This document shows, one piece after another, positions 1 through 11,472 of a DNA stretch of 64,000 bases (the stretch's first letter is position 1; the number at the start of each line of letters is the position of its first letter). The position numbers were made by a program, and so were the translations under genes. The notes beneath the pieces were generated by a model, which saw only the letters and a list, made by a program, of their open reading frames with translations, was not told where the DNA came from and made no database searches. Source of the stretch: Convolutriloba macropyga (taxonomy: Eukaryota); NCBI RefSeq assembly GCF_964194025.1, contig NC_134472.1, positions 19,654,001 through 19,718,000 on the forward strand, in the 5' to 3' direction.

Positions 1-3000
1 GTCTTGATTTTTGAAAGAGAATTGCAAGAAGAACGTTTTGGTGTCAGGGTTGAAGACCGTGAAAAATTTATCATCACTTCCTTTTTCGACCTCCCGCGAA
101 GGAACTGCAACAAGGAAAAATTATTTTTATAGGAATGTGAGAAAAAAGCAACCAGCCAAAATTGATAGTGAAGTGTAAAAATTTCAATGAAAATAGGACT
201 TGGAATATATTAAACAGTAGAAAAAAAACAGACATTTTGCCTTTTTATCGCGTGAAAGATAATTTAGTGTTTCTGCATTTCCTTATTGTACTATCTATAG
301 TAAAGAATTCCTCCGTTTTGAGCCGCACTTTTTCATATAATTGCGCCAATATCTTGGCATGATTACCTGGCCACACAATTCTCGCTCAAATGGCGCTAAG
401 ATCTATAGAAAAATTGATTTACCATCCTAATTTTGGAAATGCAGAAAATTAACGTGTTCATTTGTATTTGTCAATATCAAGAATACAGCCCAATAGCATA
501 ATATGAATCAAGATAGATATTACTTGTAAATGAGGATGTATACCTTTGAAAGCAATCGTTTCGTATGGTTCTGCAGCAAATAGCAAGTACTGCCATCTTC
601 TATCGGGAGGTTCGATCCGCTGTTCATAGGCTGACATGAATCTGTGTCTAGGAACAACTCCATCAGCTGAAAAAATCTTACTGCTTGTACGAGTGACCAC
701 GCTAGCTTGAAGATAATTACACAGCAATTTATTTACAAAAGATCTGATCGAGCGAACTCTCCTCGTAGCCAAAGAAATTAGATACTTTTATTCGCGGTAA
801 AGAAAAGCTTTTCTGAAAGATGAATTTTCTTGACTAGTTACGCCTCCTTGGAAAAAAATCATCCAGAAACTTTCAGAAAAGAAGCAGTAAGTTTGCAACT
901 AAAACTTTTAGTTTAAACTTCATACAAGCTCGAATGAAACATCACTAACAGGCCTGTAAGCAACAATGCGAAACAAAGTCATCATATTTTCCATGAAAAA
1001 AATTCATTCGAAGACCATAACATACCACACTACAGAAGTGGCCTAATATCTAGATTGAAATCAGAGTAGAGCACAAAAGGTATGCAAATAGAGGGCAAAT
1101 TTCGCAGAAAAAAAAGGAGTTAGATTCTTATATCGCATCAAATTTAAAAAGCTGGCCATTTCGCCATCTGGAACAAGTTGACATCTGAAAAAAGTTTTTG
1201 AGAGAAAAAAGAATAAAGGTCAAGATAGAAGAGACAGGAGAGAACGAAGTTCATGAGACAAAAAAGTTTACCAGATGAAAAGATTCATTGCACATTATCG
1301 TGAGAAAGCATTATCAAAACGTTATAATTTTTTAATTAAATTATGGAAATTTTGCCCAGCCAAATATGCTACTGTTTTATACCAAAATAAACTGCAAAAA
1401 ATCAAAAAATCACAGCGTATGAAAATATTGCCTTTTAATCGGGAGTCAATCGAAATTTATCTCTGATACGATTTTCTCAGAATTGTCTGAAACTTTGATT
1501 TCCAATCCTAATTCGTATAGATTAATTATTTTGTCTCAAATCAAATGTATTAAGAGTTTTGTGTGTTTTTCGATTTCAAAATCTGGTTATATTTTCAGAA
1601 AAAGAGGCCACTCATAAAAAGAAATTTGATTCAAATTGCTATTTTTTTTTGCTCATTTAATGTCCACATAGGTAATTTGTCGTTATTATTCTAAACGCAA
1701 CACCCTTCTTTTTACAAACCAAAAAATACCTGAGTACTTGAATGTTACCCAGGCATTTTTGATTCCTCACAAAACTTTCTTTTGCTTTTTTCCTTTTTTC
1801 AAACTTAAAACAAATGCAAACTGAGCAGAGGCTCGGTAGAGCACAAAATTTCTTCCTAAAGCAGAAGTTTCTGCAATAGCAATTCCGATATGTAGTGTAG
1901 TAGTAGCAGCAAAAGAATATTAGCTGCATTCAAAGTTCAAATGAAAAACGGGGACAAAAATAATGAAAAATTGAACATTAAACATGACAGAACTTTGAAA
2001 AGCGGGTATTTATAATCGTTTCCCGGCGAGTACTCATAAATGAAAAATATATAAACTTTTTCTTCAGCTTCTTCTTAAACACTTTAGGTGATTCAAAAAT
2101 GTCGAGTTCTGTAAACCATTGCAAGAAGTTTTTTGCATGAGGTCCTAGGGATCTTAAGCTGTTGTTTTCGTTGAAGAAAATAATCACCTTTTCCGATCAT
2201 CCAAAAAACAAGCAAGAAAAATAAAATGCAGCAGTTATTAGTTTGTTCAGAAAAAGAATAACTTTTACTTCTAGAAGAAGGCTTATCGGACGAATTCTAG
2301 ATTCACGTAATCTCTCAACAGTGAAAGACCTGTCAGAAAAGCACTTGGTTGCTCTACTTTGAAAGAGCTCTAGTTTAGAGAGAGAAGCTTTTGACAGATG
2401 CCGAACATCAGAGGCGTTAAGTAGTGCAGATAAAAATAGCATTTGTCCACTCGTATTTTCGTGGACTTCGGAAGATTTCTTCGGAAGATTTCTTCTATGA
2501 GATAGAAGAGTAAAACATGCCTTATTAATTCTATTCATGGTATGATTATTCGATTTCAAAGTGGCACTAATGGTAACGCCAAGATCGCTTATAACATCTG
2601 CAGCAATGACCCTGCTGTTCCCGCAGGTAATTTGAGTGTCAGCGACAGATCTGTGGGACCCTGTTGGACACAACTAGCTACTGGTAAAAGGCTAGAACAT
2701 AACCGACTAACGTCGGGCGAACTGCTCTCAAACAACCGGTGAGCGGTTGGCTTCGTCAGTAGCCAGCCACGGTGTAGTGAGACTAGCTTTAACTTAATTG
2801 AAGGGGCGTGAGGTGAGCGGGGTGCACCGGGGGGTCTGAGGGTGGCCGCAACAGTGGGAGGGGGTCTTTGGCTGCACGGAGCCCTTACGGCCTCGACGAT
2901 TTGCAGTGGTAATAGGGATTGGGGACTGAAGTGAGGTGTGGCTGATGTGTGTCAGGGGGGTCAGCCTCCAAGAACCGCCCTTCACACCCCAAGTCTCCAA

Positions 3001-6000
3001 AAAGATTTCTGTTAATTGCATACTTGGAGACCAGTGAGCTAAACTTAATGCCAGCTGAGCACTACCTGTTTATCCCGGTTATGAAGACGAGAAGTGAAAT
3101 GGGTCAGACGAAAAATCGATAAAGCGAAAAATCGCATGAACAAGAGCAACAGGACTAACATAACTGCTACAAGCATCGTTTGAGAGCAATTAAAAAGCAG
3201 CCCCCAACGCTAACGAATTGCGAGCGACCAGTTAAATAGCATAAGATTGACTTCAAAAAGTCACCGCCGATGCCAAAAGCAGCTATTTTTTTTAAGAGAG
3301 CGCTGTGGGGGACGTAATCAAAAGTTTTACTAAAATGTTAAAAAACAAAAACAGGAGTCGCTGCCACGGCCATAGTTGTCATATAAGTTGTGCACAGAGA
3401 GTAATACCAGAGACCTCTGTAATACCAGAGACCTGTGTTTCATGAAATAAAACTGAGTTAGAAAGTTGATGTCGCACTATCGGGTAGAGGTTAGAGTCGA
3501 TGATTCTCTCAAAGGCCATAAACTTTTGAAAGTTTACTGATATGTGTATATGAAGATAGATAAACTTGTAGTCTTTTTTGTGAATCGGGATAATCAATGC
3601 AGTTTTCCAATGCAGGGGAAACGTGCAATTGAACTTGATATAATTAACCAATAAGTAATTTTCTTAGAAGCTGTGCTGGGAAATTGTCCAGGAAAATTGT
3701 CAAGACCAAATTCAGGGCTCGATATTGACAAGGCACTTTCTATGTCATCAATGTCAAAATTGTACAAGTTATGGGCTCTATACGAGTAATCACTGAAAAA
3801 CTGATCGCATTTTGTGAAGACCGAAAAGAAATACAAGTTTAAGGTTTTGCTTTCTCGTAGGGAGTTCCTAATTTGCGGTCACCGCTCACCAAAATAGTTG
3901 CGAGGAAAGTGTCTTGAGAAGTTTAAAGCAGCATGCTTCCCTCAACTCTATGTGCTTCCAAAAGCGCACGTGTGAACACTATGTGCCACGCACAGAACCA
4001 TTCACGACATTTGTTCAATTCATTGCGAGTAGTTGAAATACCAATAATCAATCAATTGATCAAAAAATATGCAGTGACTAAAACTAATTAAACAGAAACT
4101 CTGAAAAGCGGAAAATTTCCTGCTTTTTCCTTTTTTCAAACTTAAAACAAATGCAACCTGAGCAGAGGCTCGGTAGAGCACAAAATTTCTTCCCAAAGCA
4201 GAAGTTTCTGCAATAGCAATTCCGATATGTAGTGTAGTAGTAGTAGTAGCAAAAGAATATTAGCTGCATTCAAAGTTCAAATGCAAAACGGGGACAAAAA
4301 TAATGAAAAATTGAACATTAAACATGACAGAAGTTTAAAAAGCGAGTATTTATAATCGTTTCCCGGCGAGTATTCATAATTGAAAAATATATAAACTTTT
4401 TCTTCAGCTTCTTAAACACTTTAGGTGATTCAAAAATGTCGAGTTCTGTAAGCCGTTGCAAGAAGTTTACTCCTCGCACGACGATATCGGAGTCAGCCAG
4501 TTTGCATGAGGTCCTAGGGATCTTAAGCTGTTGTTTTCGTTGAAGAAAATAATCACCTTTCTGATCAGCCAAAAAACAAGCAAGAAAAATAAAATGCAGC
4601 AGTTATTAGTTTGTTCAGAAAAAGAATAACTTTTACTTCTAGAAGAAGGCTTATCGGACGAATTCTAGATTCACGTAATCTCTCAACAGTGAAAGACCTG
4701 TCAGAAAAGCACTTGGTTTCTCTACTTTGAAAGAGCTCTAGTTTAGAGAGAGAAGCTTTTGACAGATGCCAAACATCAGAGGCGTTAAGTAGTGCAGATA
4801 AAAATAGCATTTGTCCACTCGTATTTTCGTGAACTTCGGGAGAATTTTCGGAAGATTTCTTCTATGAGATAGAAGAGTAAAACATGCCTTATTAATTCTA
4901 TTCATGGTATGTTTATTCGATTTCAAATTGGCACTTATGTGACGCCAAGATCGCTTATAACATCTGCAGCAATGACCCTGCTGTTTCCGCAGGTAATTTG
5001 AGTGTCAGCGACAGATCTGCGAGACCCTGTTGATCACAACTAGCTACAGGTAAAAGGCTAGAACATAACCGACTAACGTCGGGCGAATTGCTCTCAAACA
5101 ACCGGTGAGCGGTTGGCTTCGTCGGTAGCCAGCCACGGTGTAGTGAGATTAGCTTTATCTTAATGGAAGGGGCGTGAGGTGAGCGGGGTGCACCGAGGGG
5201 GGGTCTGAAGGTGGCCGCATCGGAAGGGGGTCTTTGGCTGCACGGGGCCCTTACGGCCTCGACGATTTGCAGGTGTAGTAGGGATTGGGGACAGAAGTTA
5301 GGTGTGGCTGATGTGTGTCAGGGGGGTCAGCCTCCAAGAACCACCCTTCACACCCCAAGTCTCCAAAAAGATTTCTGTTAATTGCGTACTTGGAGACCAG
5401 TGAGCCAAACTTAATGCCCGCTGGGGGCTACCTGTTTATCCCGTTTATGAAGACGAGAAGTGAAATGGGTCAGACGAAAAATCGATAAAGCGAAAAATCG
5501 CACGAAAAAGAGCAACAGGACTAACATAATTGCTACAAGCTTCGTTTGAGAGCAATTAAAAAGCAGCCCCCAACGCTAACAACTTGCGAGCGACCAGTTA
5601 AATAGCATAAGATTGGCTTCAAAAAGTCACCGCCGATGCCAAAAGCAGCTAATTTTTTTAAGAGAGGGCTGTGGGGGACGTGATCGAAAAGTTTTACTAA
5701 AATGTAAAAAAAAACAAAAACAGGAGTCGCTGCCACGGCCATAGTTGTCATATAAGTTGTGCACAAAGAGTAATACCAGAGACCTCTGTAATACCAGAGA
5801 CCTGTGTTTCATGAAATCAAACTGAGTTAGAAAGTTGATGTCGCACTATCGGGTAGAGGTTAGAGTCGATGATTCTCTCAAAGGCCATAGAAACTTTTGA
5901 AAGTTTACTGATATGTATATATGAAGATAAACTTGTAGTCTTTTTTGTGAATCGGGATAATCAATGCAGTTTTCCAATGCAGGGGAAACGTGCAATTGAA

Positions 6001-7218
6001 CTTGATATAATTACCAAAATTAAAAATTGGAGAAGTAATTTCCTTAGAAGCTGTGCTGGGAAATTGTCCAGGAAAATTGTCAAGACCAAATTAAGGGCTC
6101 GATATTGACAAGGCACTCTCTATGTCATCAATGTCAAAATTGTAAAAGTTATGGGCTCTATACGAGTAATCATTGAAAACCTGATCGCATTTTGTGAAGA
6201 CCGAAAAGAAATACAAGTTTAAGGCTTTGCTTTCTCGTAGTGAGTTCCTAATTTGCGGTCACCGCTCACCATAATAGTTGGGAGGAAAGTGTCTTGAGAA
6301 GTTTAAAGCAGCATGCTTCCCTCAACTCTCTATGCTTCCAAAAGCGCACGTGGGAACACTCTGTGCCACGCACAGAACCATTCACGACTTTTGTTCAATT
6401 CATTGCGAGTACTTGATGAAATACCAATAATCAATCAATTGACCAAAAAACATGCAGTGACTACAACTAATTAAACAGAAAATCTGAAAAGCGGAAAATA
6501 ACCCTTTTCCTTAAAATGAAAACTTCGAGTGAAATCAGCCTTTTAGGATCTAAAAAGTGAAGCAGTATGCGAACTAGAAATCGATCCCTGTGCACGGTAT
6601 CCTCAGTCGGTTACCGTTGGTCGTAGTTCTCACATGTCCGTCTAAGTACCTCAATAAAATCGATTAAAAATTTGGATAATTGAGTTCATAACATCCGGTA
6701 TCATGAATGGAACGCAAATTTACCAATTTCAGGGTAGTCGATTTGAAAGAGGAGACTCTGTTGCTTGTTAGCAGGATTTAACTGCTTCGTTACTCGGTAT
6801 CCTGGCCTACCAATCTTAACAAACTTCTTGATATCGACTCTAGGCTTCTCAGGGGCAGGTTGAATGGCTGCCTCTTTAGCTTCAGTAGCAGCTCTTCTTG
6901 CAAGATTGGACTGATGTTTCTTACCCTGCGTATGGGCAAGATAACTACCTAAAGCAGGAGACGAGGGAATTCAAATTCTAAGAGAATGCGTCAAAGCACT
7001 TGACTAAATTACTTACCTTCATTATTATGTAAGGTCAAGCAGAGTTTACACTCATAGGAGCCCAGATGATTTTTCATGAAATAGGGATCTTTTGCAAGAT
7101 CAATTGTCTCCAAAGCCAATTGCCGCAGACGCTCACGTCTATCGCGATTGGTCTCAGATGCCGAAGCCACCCCACCACTTCCCGTTTTACCTCCAGCTCT
7201 ATTCTGGAAGTCCATCAT
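1..7218 (-). CDS. SF3A2: Splicing factor 3A subunit 2 (SF3a66/Prp11), spliced gene, 3' end beyond window start; exons 7218-7017, 6948-6724, 666-544, 104-<1
   Basis: Joined exons read MMDFQNRAGGKTGSGG...YECKLCLTLHNNE|GSYLAHTQGKKHQSNLARRAA...KIGRPGYRVTKQ...LLFQIDYPEI|ADGVVPRHRFMSAYEQRIEPPDRRWQYLLFAAEPYETIAFK|VPSREVEK...FFLQFSFK, matching the known SF3A2 sequence (U1C-type Zn finger). All three introns are GT..AG and phase 1 (7016-6949, 68 nt; 6723-667, 6057 nt; 543-105, 439 nt). Confidence 0.97.
1783..6499. repeat. Head-to-tail tandem duplication of a ~2.35-kb unit (copy 1 ~1783-4116, copy 2 ~4123-6499) inside SF3A2 intron 2
   Basis: Near-identical runs (aaacttaaaacaaatgca at 1801 and 4138; ctgaaaagcggaaaat at ~4101 and ~6484) and paralogous ORF pairs (1657/4084, 2197/4565). 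Copy 2 has ~30 extra nt near 4469-4500. Confidence 0.93.
2197..3840 (-). pseudogene. Decayed non-LTR (CR1/L2/Crack-like) reverse transcriptase fragments, duplicated at ~4560-6210
   Basis: RT-like remnants WKTALIIPIHKK, FERII, FDHVPH..LLKKL..FGIGG..L..YLTGRSQVVSVG, SDLGVTIS, KLELFQSRATK, RLRESRIRPIS; many stops and frameshifts. Confidence 0.7.
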
Positions 7219-8429
7219 TTTGAAAATCTAAAATAGTATTCACTGCAGCACGTGGGTTGATGCATAACCAATATATTCAACTGAAGATCATTAGTGAACA
7301 AGAAGATCATTCGCAAAATGATTTCATCCATATATGTACGAAGATAGTGCGAGCCAATGAAGGATTTTGGGTCGATTCTGTTTCGGCCCTCCAGTGCTTT
7401 TGATGACCCAGACTCACCAATTATGATTTGTTACATAGCACGTTTTAAATTGCGCCTGCGCTTGGGGGCATAAAAGTTATTTGCCCATTAAGCTTGGGAG
7501 GATAGAACCCCGCTTTTAACATAAACACAGCTTAAATGGCCTGTCAATAGTAACATAAGACGAAAAAAGCGCATGCATAGCAAAAAAACAAACTTATATT
7601 ATGACGAAATTTGAAAACATTAAGAACGGAGAAATTATATTACATCACTGTTCCAAAAACATAACAGACAACCATCAGAACAATTGCTCTTGAACGACCA
7701 GTGGGAGATCTAATCAATTGCAGCCTGCATCAGTGGGGGAGGGGGGGTAGACTGAACTGACGAAATTCAGTAGGGGACTTCAAAAAACATCATCAGAGGT
7801 TAATATCTATCACTATTAAGATTCAAAGTGAAATGGCAACAATTTTGGGGCACTTATCATTTGAAATTTAGTTTTATATTGCCGCCAATCGAGTTCAGGC
7901 GCTTGAATATGTGAATGAGAGAGAACTTTAGATCAAGCAGTGCAATATCAGTACGTTAGACGTAGAAGACTTGAATTATAAATGTCTTAATGGCTAACAA
8001 ATTTCAAAGGAACATGAAAGAAACAGAAAGAGCAAACTGAATGGCAATTAATGCGATACGGTTAAGGCGATGAGCGAAAGCAAATGAACAGGGTTTTAAT
8101 GTGCGCGCAGCACCAGACATGAAAAAAATAGTTATATATAACATGGTTTTGGAACATGCAGCTTCGCTTCAGTCCTTGAAGGTCAACATGAGGTCATTTC
8201 GAGGTCGTTTTGGCATTGAATGCGAAGACTATGTGTCATGAGAGGTCATATGGTCGCAATAAATTAAAAAATTGAGATAATTAGGATCTGACTTCTACGT
8301 TGAAAGTTTCTATGCTGATTTCATCTGGCGTTTTGGACTTTTGCCCTCAACATCCTTGAATGCATAAAAAAGTGCTCTTTAAAAGACTAAAGCTGACACG
8401 GGTACGGATAAAATTAATGACTTCTGAGT

Positions 8430-8844
8430 AGCGTTCATTTGATTTTTAGGCTATGAGGGAAGCAATGCGTCTGATGAGTTTGCGTCTGATAGGACTGGCT
8501 CCACCGGTGGTGGCAAATATCAACGGTGAAAAGGAACCATGTTCAATGTCCGCAATTCTGTCTTGATATTTAAGGCGTTTTAAATTTTCAAGTGGTAAAT
8601 ATGAACCTTTAGTTTCTTTAATTCTTTTTGTGGGAGCATAGGGGTTGCAGATCTTTACATAACAAAAGGAGCGCTCAAAACGACTATCCCAGATTTCTTA
8701 GGCAGAGATGCCAAATCTGGCCTCATCTTGCAGTAAAAGTTTGTAAAAGCCTCGTTGTCGAAAGGCTGCAAATGTGGTTCGATTTCTACGTCGTGGACAA
8801 CTTTTTTCATTAAATTAGCGAAAAGATCACGTATTTCATTGTGC
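8430..8844 (-). mobile_element. 3' part (restriction-like endonuclease region) of a CRE-clade non-LTR element split by the Gypsy insertion
   Basis: RHNEIRDLFANLMKKVVHDVEIEPHLQP...RPD motif. Joins in frame to 18763 across the TSD to give HALHCPK*GYPIIRHNEIRD, the second half of a CCHC finger. Confidence 0.8.
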
Positions 8845-8848
8845 CTGA

Positions 8849-9463
8849 TATAGTGAACCATAATGTATGACATGCTCATAAATTACATATTAAGAGCATA
8901 ATTCGAAATTTTCATAAACAAAAAGGAGAACAAAAAGAGATGGTTACTAATAGTAAACCGGATTTTAACAATATAGAGAAAGCATCATAAATAATGATGG
9001 GAATCATCCTAGAATTTAATATTGACGGGACACGTCATGGAATGTTTGTTCATGACGGGATTCGTCAAGCAGGTAAACCTGTTATCTGTTAGTTTAACTA
9101 ACAGGGACCCATGCGGTAGAAAATAACTATGAGAAATTCCCACGGAGATTAACGAAAATGGGTAAAAATAACCTAAGATTAATTAACCATTGATAGGACT
9201 GAAACCAAAGAACATATTCAAACCTAAACCTTACACAATCGAGCTGCCTCTCTTTAATTGCTTTACATCTCTCATCTTCACAAATCTTTTAATATTTACA
9301 AGCAATTGATCTAATTTTGTATTAAACTGATTGAACTTTTACATTTGCTCCATTAAATTCAAGTCTGAAACTTGGAAAATTTTCCTCAGTAACTCCGAGT
9401 TTAAAATGCTTAGGAATAACATCCAACCCAAACCGTAACCGTTGACAGTGCACGGATATTACA
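8849..9463 (+). repeat. 5' LTR (615 bp, TA...CA termini)
   Basis: tatagtgaacca...ggatattaca; about 10 differences from the 3' LTR by manual comparison. Confidence 0.93.
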
Positions 9464-9464
9464 C

Positions 9465-9476
9465 TGGCGACAGAGA
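9465..9476 (+). promoter_or_regulatory. Primer binding site (TGGCGACAGAGA)
   Basis: TGG (complement of tRNA CCA) one base after the 5' LTR. TGGCGAC resembles tRNA-Ser-type PBSs; the tRNA identity is inference. Confidence 0.75.
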
Positions 9477-10503
9477 TTTAAAGGAAAGTTAACATTTTAA
9501 AATCTTTAACAAATTTGTCGGTAGGGAGACGCAAATAAAAAGCACTTTAACCCCAAAAACTCCGAGAATCGAATTATTCTCGATACTAACACAAAGATTT
9601 GGGATATCAAATCTTCAATTACCACCCATTTCCACCAATTTGTGTGGGAGTCAATTGCAAAAGCCACAGCGGGGGACATCAGTCACAGGACATCAGTCGC
9701 AGGAAAGCAAGTGGGAATTTACTCGCGTGGTGCTATCTTTTACTCGTTGGTGGAGAAAGAAACTTCTCTGAAAGGAAAGACCGCATCATACCAAGTGAGT
9801 AGAAATAAAGAGTTCTTTCTTGTTTTTGTCGTTCGTAATTGAAACTGATCGCCACTGCGTAATTCCTATTAGTCAAGGAAATATTTTTTTTTTGACCTTA
9901 GTTGCTAAATTGAGTTCTAGAAAACGAGCGGCATAACCATCGAAAAAAAAACAGTGAGGGATAGTCGCCTTGTTGAATTATTTGAAACAGTTGCTGAAAG
10001 TTATATATTGACTTTTTCTGAAACTAACATTAAAAAAAGAGAGAATATAAAGCGAAAAAAGTTGATCAGGTAACAATAAGCAGGGGAAATTAAAAGAAAA
10101 CTAAAGCACCTAATATCATCCTTGCCGTAAATAGAAACGAAAATATATTAAAAACATCAATAAAACAAGGAAAATCGAAGTTCAGCCAAAATCATATTAA
10201 AAAAAACAGAAATCAAGTGGGACAGTCGTCTATAAAACTGTAAATTAAAACTTCCTTAAAAATAAAGGAGAATAAATAAATAAGTAAAAAAAAAGAGAAA
10301 TACCGTATTGAAATAAGCGTTAGATTTCTATAGAGAAAAGTTTTTAAACAGTAAAAAAACAGAGAAAACTATAGGAATTCGAAGTTAAAAATAGAAAACA
10401 CCTGCCGGTGACGATCTACTTGACAATTATTTTATAGAAACTATTAATTTCAACAACTTAACAAAGTTTTAAAAGGGAACGATACAAGTAGGGCAACGAT
10501 AAA

Positions 10504-11472
10504 ATGGCAACGGGCTCAACCTCTAGAATGCTATTACCGGAAGCATTTACCGGTTCAAACGACTTGGAAAGTTACGTGACGCATTTTGAGCTATTAGCGG
10601 AACTACAAAAGTGGAAAAGAACTGAAGGAGATCCGGCTCGCGAAGTTGATGAACGGCCGCATTACTTTGCACTTAGGCTACAAAAATCTGCCATAGAGTT
10701 CTATCGCACTCTACCGCAAGCTACACGAGAAAATTATGATGAATGCGTTAAAGCTTTTCGAGAACACTACAGCGAAAAACCGGTCGTTTTCCGGGGACGG
10801 CTAGCTCGCCGCGTACAGCAACCAGGAGAAAAACTGACTGAATTTTTGGGAGATTTAAAGCAGTTGGCTTTGAAAGCTTACCCAACGGAGTCGCAAGACA
10901 TTAGAGACCATCTCGTTCTGAGAGGATTTCTGGAAGGAATCAACCATAGTCAGGTGAGGTTAGATCTCAGAAAGCAAATCGGCGACAAGGATATGAAAAT
11001 TGAAACAGTTTTGGAAAGAGCATTGCATCTGGAAACTGTAACAAGAATAGAGGAGGAAGAGCAAACACCAAAAGTTGCGGTAATTAGACGAGATGAAACA
11101 AAAGATTTAGTGGAGGCCGTCACCAAGCTTGTAAACCAATTGTCAGTAGATGCCAAACAGCGAGAAAACCGTCGAAACCAATCTAGGGAGCGAAGTGGTT
11201 CCCGGGGACGGTGGGGTGACGACAGACGTGACAGAGGACAGCAACAAGATCGTGGGTTTAACGATCGGCGGCGATTTCCAACGCCAGGACCTAGTCACCG
11301 AGACAGATCTTTTGGAAGAGAGGAACCGTCTAGGAGGAACGACAGGCAGGGTTTCAAGTGCAGAGCCTGTGGACAAGAAGGACACCTTTCGAAGAATTGT
11401 CGAAATTGTTTCCTATGTGGAAGTTCCCAACACGTGAAAAGAAACTGCCCTTTTAAAAAGAAAACCACCTAG
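10504..11472 (+). CDS. gag: Gag (322 aa, intact)
   Basis: Retrotransposon capsid motifs (F.G..D...Y..HFE; RVQQPGEKLTEF...L..LA..AYP), R/D-rich region, two CCHC knuckles CRACGQEGHLSKNC and CFLCGSSQHVKRNC. Confidence 0.93.
   Translation: MATGSTSRMLLPEAFTGSNDLESYVTHFELLAELQKWKRTEGDPAREVDERPHYFALRLQKSAIEFYRTLPQATRENYDECVKAFREHYSEKPVVFRGRLARRVQQPGEKLTEFLGDLKQLALKAYPTESQDIRDHLVLRGFLEGINHSQVRLDLRKQIGDKDMKIETVLERALHLETVTRIEEEEQTPKVAVIRRDETKDLVEAVTKLVNQLSVDAKQRENRRNQSRERSGSRGRWGDDRRDRGQQQDRGFNDRRRFPTPGPSHRDRSFGREEPSRRNDRQGFKCRACGQEGHLSKNCRNCFLCGSSQHVKRNCPFKKKTT

Noticed and set aside
458-772. 104-aa ORF as a standalone gene
   Set aside because: Only 666-544 is coding (SF3A2 exon 3); the rest is intron.
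2715-2775. Possible hammerhead ribozyme on the minus strand (CTGACGA)
   Set aside because: No GAAA after stem II, the second copy reads CCGACGA, and a simple hairpin explains the pairing.
2810-3110. RNase P RNA resemblance (GGTCTGA...TCAGAC)
   Set aside because: Conserved CR-I GGAA and CR-V ACnnAAnn contexts are absent.
6560-6650. Intronic stem-loop near the SF3A2 intron 2 donor (snoRNA candidate)
   Set aside because: Only short stems (gaacta/tagttc, acggta/taccgt); no convincing C/D or H/ACA box arrangement.
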